Assembly: GCA_030390025.1 (NCBI GenBank)
Contig: CM059432.1
Coordinates: 146,880,001-146,944,000, forward strand
Reading direction: 5' to 3'
DNA length: 64,000 nucleotides
Origin: Squalus acanthias
Taxonomy: Eukaryota
Below the pieces are notes generated by a model. That model saw only the letters and a program-made list of their open reading frames with translations, ran no database searches and had not been told where the DNA came from. Below, piece by piece: positions 22,333 through 34,400 of the stretch. Positions within the stretch are counted from its first letter, which is position 1; each line of letters opens with the position of its first letter. A program made the position numbers and the translations under genes.

Positions 22333-24705
22333 CTACGAGACACCGCCAAACAGACGAGGCAACGGAACTACGCTGCCTACATGCGCATCAAGAACAGGAA
22401 GCTTGAGAAACTCAGCGTAACCACCAGCTACAACCAAGCCTCCCCCGGTACCACGGTTGCAACCACAGGGAAGTCCATCGTCAACCTGTCGGACCACACC
22501 CTTCAACCACACGAAATCGAAGTTCTCGCCCTAGGGCTCAAGTTCTGCCCCACCACCAAAATGGACCCCATCGGTCTCGCGGCGGACACAGAGGAATTCA
22601 TCAGGAGAATGAGGATCCGGGAATACTACCACAAATCCCAAGATGTCAGCAACATTCCTAATGGGACAATCAATGATCCGGAACAGCAGACAGAGGGAAC
22701 CGCAGTGCTGCAACCGAGGAAGAAAGAGTCAAATTGGACCCCTCCGGAGGGTCGCAACCCTAAGCTTGACATGTATGCTCAAGCTGTCAGGAAATGCATC
22801 AACGCCAGATTCATCAGCCGTACTCACAAGACAGTCCAGAATGTCACCCGAGCACAACGCAACGCCATCCACGCACTCAAGACCAACCGCAACATCGTCA
22901 TCAAACCAGCGGACAAAGGAGGAGCCATCGTCATACAGAACAGAACGGACTATTGCAAAGAAGCATACCGACAACTGGACAACCAGGAACACTACAGACA
23001 GCTACCCGCAGATCCGACCAAAGAACACACCCGCCAACTCAATAGACTGATCAAGACCTTCGATCCAGACCTTCAAAACATCCTACGCGCTCTCATCCCA
23101 CGTACTCCCCGCGTAGGAGACTTTTACTGCCTCCCAAAGATACACAAAGCCAACACACCCGGACGTCCTATCGTATCAGGCAACGGAACCCTGTGTGAGA
23201 ACCTCTCTGGGTACGTCGAGGGCATCCTGAAACCCATCGTACAGGGAACCCCCAGCTTCTGTCGCGACACTACAGACTTCTTGCAGAAACTCAGCACCCA
23301 TGGACCAGTTGAACCAGGAACACTCCTCGTCACAATGGACGTATCGGCACTCTACACCAATATCCCCCACAATGACGGCATCGCTGCGACAGCCTCAGTA
23401 CTCAACACCAACAACAGCCAATCTCCGGACGCCATCTTACAACTCATCCGCTTCATCCTTGACCACAATGTCTTCACCTTCGACAACCATTTTTTCACCC
23501 AAACACACGGAACAGCCATGGGGACCAAATTCACACCCCAATACGCCAACATCTTCATGCACAAGTTCGAGCAAGACTTCTTCGCTGCACAGGACCTCCA
23601 ACCAACGCTGTACACCAGATACATCGACGACATCTTCTTCCTTTGGACCCATGGCAAAGGATCACTGAAAGGACTACACGATAGCATCAACAGGTTCCAT
23701 CCCACCATCAAACTCACCATGGACTACTCCTCAGAATCGGTTTCATTCTTGGACACACGAATCTCCATCAAAGACGGACGCCTCAGCACTTCACTCTACC
23801 GCAAGCCCACGGACAACCTCACGATGCTCCACTTCTCCAGCTTCCACCCTAACCACGTTAAAGAAGCCATCCCCTATGGACAAGCCCTGCGAATACACAG
23901 GATCTGCTCAGACGAGGAGGAACGCGATGGACACCTACGGACACTGAAAGACGCTCCTGTAAGAACGGGATATGACGCTCGACTCGTCGATCGACAGTTC
24001 CGACGGGCCACAGCGAAAAACCGCATAGACCTCCTCAGAAGACGAACACGGGACACAACCAACAGAGTACCCTACGTCGTCCAGTACTTCCCCGGAGCGG
24101 AAAAACTACGCCATGTTCTTCGCAGCCTTCAACATGTCATCGATGACGACGAACACCTTGCTAAGGCCATCCCCACGCCTCCACTACTCGCCTTCAAGCA
24201 GCCGCCTAACCTCAAAAGTACCATCGTTCGCAGCAGATTACCCATCTTTCAGGAGAACAGCAACCAAGACACCACACAACCCTGCCACGGCAACCTCTGC
24301 AAGACATGCCAAATCATGGACACAGATACCATCATTACACGTGAGGACACTACCCACCAGGTACACGGTACATACTCATGTGACTCGGCCAACGTTGTCT
24401 ACCTGATACGTTGCAGTAAAGGATGCTCCAGAGCATGGTACATCGGCGAGACCATGCAGACACTGAGACAACGTATGAACGGACACCGCGCAACAATCGC
24501 CAGGCAGGAGGGTTGCCTCCCAGTCGGGGAACACGTCAGCAGCCAGGGGCATTCAGCCTCGGATCTGCGGGTAAGCGTTCTCCAAGGCGGCCTTCGAGAT
24601 ACACGACAGCGCAAAATCATAGAGCAGAAACTGATAGCCAAGTTCCGCACTCATGAGGATGGCCTCAATCGCGATATCGGGTTCATGTCACGATACAGAA
24701 CGTGA
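22333..24705 (+). CDS. Penelope reverse transcriptase / GIY-YIG endonuclease (N-terminally truncated, uninterrupted frame)
   Basis: IKPADKGG, YCLPKIHK, RPIVS, TMDVSALYTNIP, GTAMG, RYIDDIF, SLYRKPT; Cys cluster CHGNLCKTC; NVVY..C...C..YIGET...R..GH. The first about 38 codons of the listed ORF come from the inverted segment. Confidence 0.93.
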   Translation, partial: LRDTAKQTRQRNYAAYMRIKNRKLEKLSVTTSYNQASPGTTVATTGKSIVNLSDHTLQPHEIEVLALGLKFCPTTKMDPIGLAADTEEFIRRMRIREYYHKSQDVSNIPNGTINDPEQQTEGTAVLQPRKKESNWTPPEGRNPKLDMYAQAVRKCINARFISRTHKTVQNVTRAQRNAIHALKTNRNIVIKPADKGGAIVIQNRTDYCKEAYRQLDNQEHYRQLPADPTKEHTRQLNRLIKTFDPDLQNILRALIPRTPRVGDFYCLPKIHKANTPGRPIVSGNGTLCENLSGYVEGILKPIVQGTPSFCRDTTDFLQKLSTHGPVEPGTLLVTMDVSALYTNIPHNDGIAATASVLNTNNSQSPDAILQLIRFILDHNVFTFDNHFFTQTHGTAMGTKFTPQYANIFMHKFEQDFFAAQDLQPTLYTRYIDDIFFLWTHGKGSLKGLHDSINRFHPTIKLTMDYSSESVSFLDTRISIKDGRLSTSLYRKPTDNLTMLHFSSFHPNHVKEAIPYGQALRIHRICSDEEERDGHLRTLKDAPVRTGYDARLVDRQFRRATAKNRIDLLRRRTRDTTNRVPYVVQYFPGAEKLRHVLRSLQHVIDDDEHLAKAIPTPPLLAFKQPPNLKSTIVRSRLPIFQENSNQDTTQPCHGNLCKTCQIMDTDTIITREDTTHQVHGTYSCDSANVVYLIRCSKGCSRAWYIGETMQTLRQRMNGHRATIARQEGCLPVGEHVSSQGHSASDLRVSVLQGGLRDTRQRKIIEQKLIAKFRTHEDGLNRDIGFMSRYRT

Positions 24706-24935
24706 CTTGACATCATGGCCGGTCTTCCCAGGTGTTTTTTTCGTTTTTTTTTTTTTAAAAAGGCTAACACAAGAACACAAATTGACAGGATATGCAGCCA
24801 GCAGGTGGTTTGACACGTTGGACCCCCTGGGACACATCTCATTGTCTTGGCTGTGCTCTTTGTTGTAGCGAATAATGTGAATAGATTTTGTCTGGGTTTA
24901 AATTGTGAATTCTGGGAGATTCTCTCATTGCTAAC

Positions 24936-24974
24936 TTACCTGACGAAGGAGCGAACTGCTTCGAAAGCTTGTAA
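24936..24974 (+). ncRNA. Minimal type I hammerhead ribozyme motif in the Penelope 3' UTR
   Basis: TTAC-CTGACGA-A-GGAGC-GAACT-GCTTC-GAAA-GCTT-GTAA, followed by AATAAA. Confidence 0.8.
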
Positions 24975-25890
24975 AATTAAATAAATCTGGTGGACTATAA
25001 CCTGGTGTTGTGCGACTTCTCATTTTTGTTTTAAAAGTAGTAGTCGGTTTGCCGTGGAATTGCACATGGAGAGTAGTGACCACATGTAGTCTTCTTTTGA
25101 AGAGCCGTTGGCAGGCGAGGGAGATTTGGGCCAGGGCGCAAATGTAATTCAGTCCCACTGTGGGCATCTCCTGTGGTATGCTGAGATATGTCCATCGGTC
25201 CTTTTCCTGATGACCCCTACGGACTTTCCGAGGTCAGCGGAGGTTCCTTAATCACCCTGACAGTGGAGGACATATCTAGAGCACCTTCCTGCATGAGAGG
25301 TGACAGTGTCCGTTGAAGACAGCCCAGTCTGAGGGGAGTGCCAAGTTTCTTTTCGGAAAGATTATTATCTTCCTCCCTTGGTGCCCTTTGTACGTAATTA
25401 AAAAAATTAAAATGTCACCTCTGAATCCGAGGTTCTGACCACAATCCCAGCCTGGACTCCCAGATGGGCCCCACGACTATCGGTTGTTAGCAAGTTTTAC
25501 TTGGACCGACCAAGCATACCTCTGCCAACACTATGCTAGGCCCCACTGAGGCCCCAACAGAGGTAGTTCCCACCCTGGCCCTGCTGCCTCCTACACAGAA
25601 AGCCCTGTTTGGGGCGGATGGAGGCTTCACCTCCAACAGGCTATCTGGAATCCTTGAGCTGAGGCCAGGACTCGGCACATGCGGATCTTGGTTTAGTTTC
25701 TGGCGCTTCCGGTGGACTCTGCCCAAATTCCGGTGGGAATACACTGGAATGGCGGTGGAGTTTGGGGGGGCCATATATTCTGCCCTTATTTTTATATAAT
25801 ATGTACTTTGATTTTATGTTATTATTTATTGTTTAATGTCAAAACTAAAGTCAATCTGGAAAGCAGAGAAGTAGAGTTGGTTGGAGCTTG

Positions 25891-26043
25891 GGGCCTACAA
25901 ATTCCTCTCAGGTGGTGGTGCAAAAACGGGTGGAACGATTGGCCGCCTGCAATCAATGGAACTGAGTATCAGGTGTTGCGTATAACGGCGGCCGATTCGA
26001 TACCGCCCGTTTTGCGACACCGCCCGGGACAAATTTCCCGGCC
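25891..26043. mobile_element. Very short MITE
   Basis: Ends GGGCCTACAAATT...AATTTCCCGGCC; inner CAAAAACGGGTGG vs CCGCCCGTTTTG. Confidence 0.55.
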
Positions 26044-26255
26044 TCAGGAGTTTTCTGCAGTACAGGCTGAGGAGAAGGAAAATTGGGGTGCTATAGCGCC
26101 ACCTTTGGAGTAAGGCTCCAATTACAGCATGACCTGTATGCTTTGGCAGTTTCCATTATAAATATTGGCACAGGAGTTCATAATGGGAAAAATGTGACCG
26201 AAACATGACAATAGGGAAGTAAGTTTTGTAGTATGCTCAGATATAAGATTTCATT

Positions 26256-27678
26256 GGGCCAGAATTTGCAGTGGGTACGACGGCGTACTCTCAGAGTACG
26301 CTGTCATACCGCCTTTGAAATGGACAGCAAGTTCGGGATCGCGCACGCGCTAAATCCCAGACGTGCAATCTGTCAAGTTCCAACTTGATAGATGATCTGC
26401 ACCGATGGGGAAATCCACATTGCTGGCGCAGAGTTGGGCTAATTGCCCACCAACTTCCCAGCAATTACGTATGAACATTTTACTGCTGCTGCAAACAGGT
26501 AAGGGGGCTGTTTGCATCAGCGTAAGGAGATAACTCAAAAAGATCCAAAGCATCATTCGGCATGTTTTAACATTATTTCACTCACATAAAAGTGAAATTG
26601 GAGCATTACATCAGATGGAAGCGCCTGAGCTCCGTTTGAATAATTTAGCTGTGAGCAGCACAGAATTGCAAAGAGCTTCTTTTTGTTAGTTTGTTTCAGT
26701 GCCTGTGTGTTTCCGTTTAATAAAGTTGTCAGAATAAGTATCAGTCTCGCCAAACGGGGATTATTAAAGCAGTTTATCAATTGTTTCAATTTCGTTAAGG
26801 GCACTCGTAATGCATTGGCTCCCAACCACGACCAGAGGGAAAAGGGGAATCTCGACGCTTCCACTGAGTAAGAAATATATTTAGCTCTGAAGTTGTGCTG
26901 CTATTACCTGTAGGGAGATGGGAAATCTGTAATACCAGCTGTATCTTAAAAATAATTATTGTATAGATGTTTATGCACATTTCTTCTTCTTAGGCAGTCC
27001 CTCGGAACCGAGGATGACTTGCTTCCACATTAAAAATGAGTTCTCAGGTGACTGATGAGTCCAATGTGGGACCTACAGTCTCTGTCACAGGTGGGGCAGA
27101 CGGTGGTTGAAGGGGCGGGTGGGTGGGGTGCTTGGGTTGACGTGCGCTCCTTGCGCTGCCTGCGCTTAGCTTCCGCTTGCTCCCGGCAAAGAGACTCGAG
27201 GTGTTCGCCGCCTTCCCGGATGCTTCTCCTCCACTTTGTGCGGTCTTGGGCCAGGGATTCCCAGGTGTCAGTGGGGATGTTGCACTTTTCCAAGGAGGCT
27301 TTGAGGGTGTCCTTGAAGCCTTTCCTCTGCCCACCTGGGGCTCTCTTGCCGTGCCAGAGCTCCGAGTAGAGCGCTTGTTTTGGGAGTCTCGTATCGGGCA
27401 TGCAGACGCACATTTAAATCCCGGAAGGCTCCAGTAATGAGGGTTTAAATGAATGAGAGACCTTCTGTTTCTTGATTGGAGCACCGGCCCACATGATCGC
27501 AGGTATGCTCCTGCACACACTGTGCCACTGGGGATCTGTGGGCCGTTACGCTGCCCTCTAGTACACAGCGTCAAACAACAAGTTCGCGAAGGAGGGAACC
27601 CCATCAGGTAAGTGCGCATTCTATTCGGATGCCAGCGGCATACTCCGCAGGCATGCTGCCGACCGCAAAACCCAGGCC
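26256..27678. mobile_element. Harbinger-type MITE containing an RTE insertion
   Basis: Ends GGGCCAGAATTTGC...GCAAAACCCAGGCC; flanks ATT/AAT. Confidence 0.6.
26983..27407 (-). mobile_element. RTE-clade LINE 3' end
   Basis: MPDTRLPKQALYSEL..R..GGQRK.FKD.LK, C-terminal CPTC...HLRTH, (GAA)n tail; 8-bp TSD GCACATTT (26975-26982 / 27408-27415). Confidence 0.88.
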
Positions 27679-27754
27679 AATATAATATCGAATTTAATAT
27701 TAACTGCACGAAAGTGCAGCACCTCAAGGGTGGTATGATCTTCATATTACTGCA

Positions 27755-29289
27755 CAAGCCACGTGCTAATTGACATAGGGATAAACAGATCGGGAAAGTA
27801 AACGCATGGCTGAAAGACTGGTGAGGGAAGGAGGGGTTTCATGTCATGGGACACTGGCAACCAGTACTGAGATAGGAAGGAACTGTACCGCTGGGATGGG
27901 CTGCACCTGAACTGGGCAGAGACCAAGGTCCTAGCGGAAAGGATACATAGGCCAGTAGAAAGGACTTTAAACCAATAAAGGGGAGGAGAGTCCGGGTGGA
28001 AAAATTAATAACCTAAAGATAGCAAAGAGGGGCTAAGAGCAAAGGTCAAAGGACGAAAAGAGATAATATAAGTGCTCCAGAAAAGGTTATAGGAAGTAAC
28101 AATAAAATACCTGTTAAAAATAAAGCAGGAGTGATGAAAATATAAACATATGTAAAGCAATGTACAGAGCATCATCAACCAAAAGTGCGATCAGTCAAAA
28201 AGTATGAGAAATACACCATCAGGGCATTTGGGCAGTTACCCAAGTGAGAGTTATGTGCACGAATACTCGTAGCATCAGAGATACAACGACTGAGTTAGAA
28301 ACACAAATTCAGCTTAAAGGATATGATGTCGTAGCTATTACAGAGTCTTGGCTACAAGCTGGGCGTGTTTGGGAGCTAAATATTCCAGGCTATAGGATCT
28401 TTGGAAAGAACAGGGAAATTGGGAAAGGAGCAGGAGGAGGAGCAGCAATATTGATAAAAGGCACAATTACAGCATTGGAAAGAAAGGACTTCATTAAGGG
28501 TGAACAGGCAGCGGAAGCAGTCTGGGTAGAATTAAGGAACAGTAAAGGATGCAATACCGGTAGAAGATGTCTACAGATTTTCTGTCAGTAGTGATGCAGT
28601 GGGAGGATGTAGAGATACGGAGATCAGTGAAGCATGTAGCAGAAACAATGTGGTTATAATGGGAGATTTTAATTTTCATATACACTGGGAGAAGCAGAAT
28701 AGCTCAAGTAGTAAAGGCAATGAATTTCTAGGATGTATTCAGGACAATATGCCTTAGAACCGAAAAAAGATGAGGTCATATTAATCAATTTAATGATGCG
28801 TAACGAACCAGAATTAGTCAACACTCTGTAAAGGTTCATCTTATCAATAGTGACCATAATATGATTGAATTGTATATTAGGTTTGAGAGGGAGAAGGGAG
28901 AGTCAGAAACTAATTGAAATTTAAGTACGGCACACTTCGACAGGATGAGAAATAAACTGATCACAGTAAACTGGGCTGAGATGTTGAGGTTGTAAACCGA
29001 CTGACAAACAGAATTATTTAACGACGTTTTTGGTATAATGCAAAACCAGTACAGAACCCTAAAAGGCAAACGCTTCACTCTGTAGTTGAGCAACTATAGT
29101 CAACAAACGAGGTAAGAGACAGTATTAAGCTGAAAGAAAAGGCTGACACAAATGTAAGGAAAAGTGGAAATCTAGCAGATTACGAGAGCTATAAAAAAAT
29201 AACAAAGGGATACAAAGAAAATACTCAGAGATGCAAATAGGAAATATGAAAAAAACAACTTGCAAGGGATCTCAAAGCTCACAGTAAAA
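27755..29289 (+). mobile_element. Old CR1 (esterase end and endonuclease), continuing at 40874
   Basis: CTNTRSI..YDVVAITESWL..NIPGY; many stops. Confidence 0.8.
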
Positions 29290-29796
29290 GGACTAAAAAT
29301 TCGACTGCGTAGCATCTGTTGTTTCTGCACGATGGGTGCCGTTTTGGGTCGAAAATGGTGTCTGAGCGTGCACAATTCTGGTGTAGGCCACACCAGACAC
29401 CATCTTGGTGAGGACGATAGCGTCGGTGCTGGGAGCGTGCGCCAGAAGTATGCAGAGTAGGCAGATCGTGACGTCAATCAGCGTGCAAGGCTGATTTGAC
29501 ACCAGCGCTGCCATTTTCGTCCTCAACGCTGGAAGTAACGCCCTGTGTTAACCTCGCACAGATGAACATGCGTTCAGCAGCTGCAAGGACCCCCCACCAG
29601 CAATAGTTAAAGGGATCATCAATCACTCTCACGTCAGTTGCTGATTGATTTCTGCTGGCTCTGTATAAGTTTGTGGGAGTGTTTGGAGCTTTCTAGAGTT
29701 GTTTAAAGTTGGTGAGGTGACGGGGAGTGGTGCTGCAAGTGGAGAAGGCCTTGGTTCTGACTTCAAAGGTTCTGGTCAGACCAATTGCTCCCAGTC

Positions 29797-30985
29797 ATGG
29801 GTGCTCTAGTTGTCACCACCCTTGGCCTGCAGCACGACAGGGAGATGGAGCAGAGGCGGCGAAGAAGAGGACAAGCTGCTCACAGAGGGAGGAGGAGGAG
29901 GGGAGAAGGGCTCTCAGCAGGAGGCCTTACCCATCTAGTGTCTTCTGAGAGCAATTCTCTTACCTTAACCTGAGCCAGGAGCAGTGTGTGAGGCATCTGA
30001 ACTTTACAAAGGAGGTGCTCACAGAACTCTGCCACCTCTTGCAACCAGACCTGCAGCCTCACTCCAGGACAAAGAGAGCGCTGCCAGTGGCTGTGAAGGT
30101 GACCGTGGCCCTGAATTTCTTCACCTCGGGATCCTTCCAGGCTGGAGCAGGCAACATCTGTAACACCTCACAGTTCGCCATCCACTGCTGCATAAGAGAG
30201 GTGACAGGCGCTCTTTATACCAGGAGAGGGACTTCATTGTCTTCTCCCTGACCAGAGGGAAGCAGGAGGAGCGTGCACATGGCTTTACTGGCGCAGACAC
30301 GATGGGCCGAATGGCCTCCTTCTGTGCCATTAATTTCTATGATTCTATGATAGTGCGCTTCCCCATGGTACAGGGCGCCATCGCCTGTACGCAAGTGGCT
30401 TTGCGGGGCCCGCATCTAAATGCTGAGATTTACCGCAACCGCAAAGGTTACCACACGCTGCATGTGCAGTTGGTGTGCGACAATGCTCAGCATGTCATGA
30501 TGGTCAATGCCTGGTATCCTGACAGCAGTCATGATGTCTTATGCTGTGCCAGGCCGCTGTTCCCTCAGTCCTTGAGCTACCATGACAAACCAGAGAATGG
30601 CTACTGGGCGACAAGGGCTATCCGCTGACCACCTGGCTCATGGCTCCACTCCGCCACCCAAGCACACGTGGGCAGCATGCGTACAATTAGAGCCATGTTG
30701 CTACACAGAATCTGATACAGCAGACCATTGGCGCCCTTAAGCAACACCTCCGCTGCCTGGAGGAGCCCTGCAGTACTCATCAGTATGCGTCTCAAGATTC
30801 GTCATGGTCTGCTGCATGCTCCACAACCTCGCCATCAGGAGGGCACAGCCCTTTCCACCAGGCATACAGTGACCAGCTGAGGAGGAGGAAGCAGAAGAGG
30901 ACGAAGTGGAAGGAAGGAGGCAACCCATTCAGCCCCTTTCTGCCCAGGCTATCCGTGATCGACTCATCCAACTGCGGTGCCAGTG
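29797..30985 (+). pseudogene. HARBI1-type DDE transposase pseudogene
   Basis: ALPVAVKVTVALNFFTSGSFQ, FPMVQGAIACT (D lost), [25 protein letters not shown]; stops, frameshifts, CR1 tail inserted at about 30290-30350. Confidence 0.88.
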
Positions 30986-31427
30986 AACGCAACCCCAATT
31001 CCCCACTCAACAATAGTCTCACGCCTTCCCTTCCCTTTGTTAATGACCATCACAGCGTCCTCTTGGCCATAATGCTGAAATAAAAGTCACCACAAAAGAA
31101 ACATTCCAATCCAACTTTATCCATCAATCCATCCAATATAATCAACTAATCACCCTTATGCATTCTCTTAGTGCCTGTCTTCAGTATGTCTACGAAGTGC
31201 TACCCCAGTGGCTGCAGCGTAGCTGGTGGAAGGCTGCTGACTTTCAGTGGGAGAGACTACAGATGATCTTGCAGGATGGCCTCGAGCAGCTCTGGGCCCA
31301 GAAGGCCTGGCTGTAGACTGCACCACCTCGGCATGGGTGGCAACAGTCTGGGCTGGCTGGCTGACAGGCAGCAGCAAGGGCAGTGGCGGTGTGGCAGTGG
31401 TGGGAGGACGAATGCTGTCGACCTGAG

Positions 31428-34400
31428 GTACCAACATGTATGAGGTTCTTGCTGCCTGTGTGGATGAGGGAAAAGCCTGCAGGATGGATGAGCAAGCTGA
31501 CCATGGCATCAAGGTGCAGGAGGCCATTCAAGTGGGGGGAGTGAAAGGGAATGTAGTTGTGGTAGGGAACAGTATAGTCCAGATACTGTTCTCTGCAGCT
31601 GCAACCGAGAGGTCAGAAGGTTGTGTTGCCTGCCAGGGTTAAAGACATCTCCTCGCGGCTGGTGGAGAACTTGGAGTGGGAGGGAGAGGATCCAGTTGTC
31701 GTGGTCCACATAGGAACCAACGACATAGGGAGAACTAGGAATGAGGTTCTGCTGAGGGAGTTTGAGGAACAAGGATCCAAATTAAAAAGCAGAACCTCAA
31801 TGGTAATAATCTCTGGATTGTTACCTGAGCCATGCGCAAATTGGCATAGGGACAAAAAGATTAGAGGTTTAAATGTGTGGCTCAAAGAGTGGTGTGGGAG
31901 GAAGGGGGTTTCAAATCATGGGGCACTGGCACCAGTATGAGGGAAAGAGGGAGCTGTTCTGTTGGGATGGGCTCCACTGAAACTGAGCTGGGACCAGTGT
32001 CCTGGCAAACCAAATAACTAGGGCAGTAGACAGGGCTTTAAACTAATGAAAGTGGGGGGGGGGGGGGAATTCAGGAAAGAGTAAATTTAAAAGCACTGTG
32101 AGAAATGTCAAGGCTCTAGAACAAAGTCGAGTTTTGGGTAAAAATAAGCAGAGTGGGTCAGGAAGGGACAGAGAGAGTAACAAAGGTAATAAAGCATCAG
32201 TGACTAAGGTGACATCAGGGAAAGATAGAAGTAAGTCAAAGATAAAGGCACTATATCTGACTGTGCGAAGCATTCGCAACAAAATAGATGAATTCGTAGT
32301 GCAGATAGAAATTAATAGGTTTGATCTAATAACCATTATGGAGACATGGTTGCAATGTGGCCAAGGTTGGGAACAAACTATTCCAGGATACTTAACTTTT
32401 AGAGGAGATAGGGAAAATGGAAAAGGAGGAGAGGTAGCCCTGACAAAGGATGGCATAAAGACAGTAGAGAGAAAGGATCTTAGCTCTGAAAATCAAGAAG
32501 TAGAATCAGTTTGGGTGGAGCTAAGAAACAGCAAGGGGCAGAAAACATTGGTGGGAGTTGTTTATAGGCCCCCAAACAGTAGTTGTAATGTAGGGCAGAG
32601 TATAAATCAGGAAATGAGAGGTGCATGTAACAAGGGTAATACGGTGATCATGGGGGACTTTAATCTACATATAGACTGAGCAAACCAAATTTGCAGTAAT
32701 AGTGTGGAGAACGAATTCATGGAATGTATGCAAGATAGTTTTCTAGATCAGTATGTTGAGGAACCAACTAGGAACAAGCTATTTCAAATCTAGTATTGTG
32801 CAACGAGAAAAGGTTAATTAATAACCTTGTAGTAAAAGGGCCTTTAGGGAAGAGTGACCATAATATGATAGAATTTTTTTGAAAGTGATTTAGTTAAATC
32901 CGAAACTAGGTTCTTAAGTCGAAACAAAGCAAACTATGTAGGTATGAGGGGTGAGTTGGCTAAGGTAGATTGGGAAACTACATTAAAAGGTATGATGGTA
33001 GAGAAGCAAGGGTTAGCATTTAAAGAATTAATACATAATTTACAACAAATATACATTCCTTGAAGGCACAAAAACCCCACAGGAAATGTGGTCCAACTGT
33101 GGCTAACAAGAGAAGTTAAAGATAGTATTAGATCAAAAAGGAAGAGACTTATAATGTTGCCAGAAAGAATAGTAAGCCTGAGGATTGGGAGGATTTTAGA
33201 AATTGATAAAGAAAGGGAAAATAGATTGAGAGTAAACTAGCGAGTGACATAAAAACAGACTGTAAAAGCTTCTATAGGTATGTAAAAAGGCAAAGATTAG
33301 TGAAAGCAAATGTGGGTCCCGTTTAGGCTGAGACAGGAGAAATTATAATGAGGAATATGGAAATGGCAGAGAAATTAAACAAACACTTTGGGCTGGATTT
33401 TGATACTGGGGCGGGTTGGGGTCGTGTCATCCGCATTTCGTGTTATCCACCCACCTGCAATTGGATGTGGGAGATTGATGCAATTTTCACTTAATTGGGC
33501 AATTGAGTTCCAGCATGTGGGAACCCTGAACCAATTAGTGGTTTCAGTCTGAAAGTCGCCTCTGATGATGTTATCATTGCAGGTCAGAGACTGCCTGGCC
33601 TTTGCTGTGAGAGGACCTGGATGCAAAATGAGCAGAGAGAGAGAGAGAGAGAGAATTTTTTTTCCATCCAGGTCCTCCAAAGGCCCCGGCAGTCTCTGAA
33701 GACATTCAATGCAGCAGCATCAGAGGCGACTTTCACACCTAATCACAATACTACTACCTTCATCACATCTCTGTTGTAATAGTGGGCCTGCAGCTGATAG
33801 TCAGCTATCCACTTGTGCTCCCGCCAGGTTTCACTGGCGTGTTTCACATCAGGTGTGCTTCACGTCGGAAAAGGGTTAAACTAGCTAAAATGTTTCAAAA
33901 TGGCATTACAGAGCCAATTAAGGGCTTGTTAAGGGCTTTAATGGCCTCTCCCGCCTCTTGGAGGCGGGACAGAGTCGGGAACACAGCACACGATTTTATC
34001 AAAATTGCATGGAGGCAGGTTATGGGTGGGATGGGGTCAGGACCCCCGATTCTGCAACTTTAACCCCCCACACGCCTCCAAACCCGACTCCATGGGTCAT
34101 TGAAAATCCAGCCCTTCGTGTCTGTCTTCAGGGAAGAAGACGCAAAAAAAATTCCCAGAAATAGTGGAGAACTAAGGGTCGAGTGAGAATGAGGAACTGA
34201 AAGAAATTAGTATTAGCAAAAAAATAGTACTGGAGAAATTAATGGGACTGAAAGCCGATAAATCGCCTGCACCTGATGGCCTACATCCTAGGGTTTTCAA
34301 AGACGTGGCTGTAGAGATAGTGAATGCATTGGTTGTCATTTTCCAACATTCCATAGATTCTAGAATGGTTCCTGCGGATTGGAAGGTAGAAAATGTAACC

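Larger units (their letters stand above)
21792..25026 (+). mobile_element. Penelope-like retroelement (Neptune-like), 5' truncated, with an inverted 3'-end copy
   Basis: RT + GIY-YIG ORF; about 21826-22332 is the reverse complement of 24537-25029; 12-bp TSD TGTTTTAAAAGT (21780-21791 / 25027-25038). Confidence 0.95.

Noticed and set aside
24703..24930. Selenocysteine read-through as in Naiad-type Penelope elements
   Set aside because: No internal TGA, the EN domain is complete before the stop, and no SECIS was recognised
21792..25026. DNA transposon with long TIRs, or an LTR/DIRS element
   Set aside because: Encodes Penelope RT + GIY-YIG, no transposase, integrase or tyrosine recombinase; the repeat includes coding sequence
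29797..30985. Host HARBI1 gene
   Set aside because: Stops, frameshifts, lost catalytic Asp, TIRs and TSD, and several paralogous fragments in the window
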